Origin: Octopus sinensis
Lineage: Eukaryota
Assembly: GCF_006345805.1 (NCBI RefSeq)
Contig: NC_042998.1
Span: 55,242,001 to 55,306,000, forward strand
Length of the DNA: 64,000 nucleotides
Direction of reading: 5' to 3'
In this document: piece by piece, positions 63,903 through 64,000 of the stretch
How positions within the stretch are numbered: the stretch's first letter is position 1
How the letters are laid out: each line of letters begins with the position of its first letter
The notes under the pieces: generated by a model
Seen by the model: only the letters and a program-made list of their open reading frames with translations
The model's database searches: none
What the model was told of the DNA's origin: nothing
Position numbers and translations under genes: made by a program

Positions 63903-64000
63903 ACAACAGCAAAAACATAATTTGATAGTTTTATCTATTGGAAATAATACCCAAAATATTCTTCAACTTACATTTTGTCGTTTTAAATAAGAATAGAAGA

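Overview
AT-rich eukaryotic non-coding DNA, very dense in microsatellites. From recalled SINE consensus sequences and repeat composition it is most likely octopus or another coleoid cephalopod (inference, not database-checked). I found no intact host gene, rRNA, true tRNA or CRISPR array, and almost all listed ORFs are microsatellite or repeat read-throughs. The window is a transposon graveyard. It holds about 30 copies of four tRNA-derived SINE families, three mariner derivatives, hAT-type MITEs and Helitron-like non-autonomous elements. It also holds an R4/Dong-clade LINE 3' fragment (RT end, CCHC knuckle, restriction-like endonuclease) ending in a (TAA)n-rich tract, and a Penelope-like GIY-YIG fragment. 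The most interesting signal is a set of type I hammerhead ribozyme motifs. One has a fully canonical core (minus strand, ~35462-35560). Three lie on the plus strand in a 1.68 kb unit bounded by a perfect 21-bp inverted repeat (54436-56111), and one of these has a U3-A8 covariant core. Minimal dimer-type motifs sit in a 404-bp tandem repeat (12.3-13.2 kb). Together they suggest a Penelope/retrozyme-like self-cleaving RNA system. Other oddities: a foldback element whose inverted arms contain a SINE tail, a mariner built from two inverted 5' ends, an 80-bp-arm hairpin, and a SINE family whose two copies have similar ACAGCAA-containing target-site duplications.
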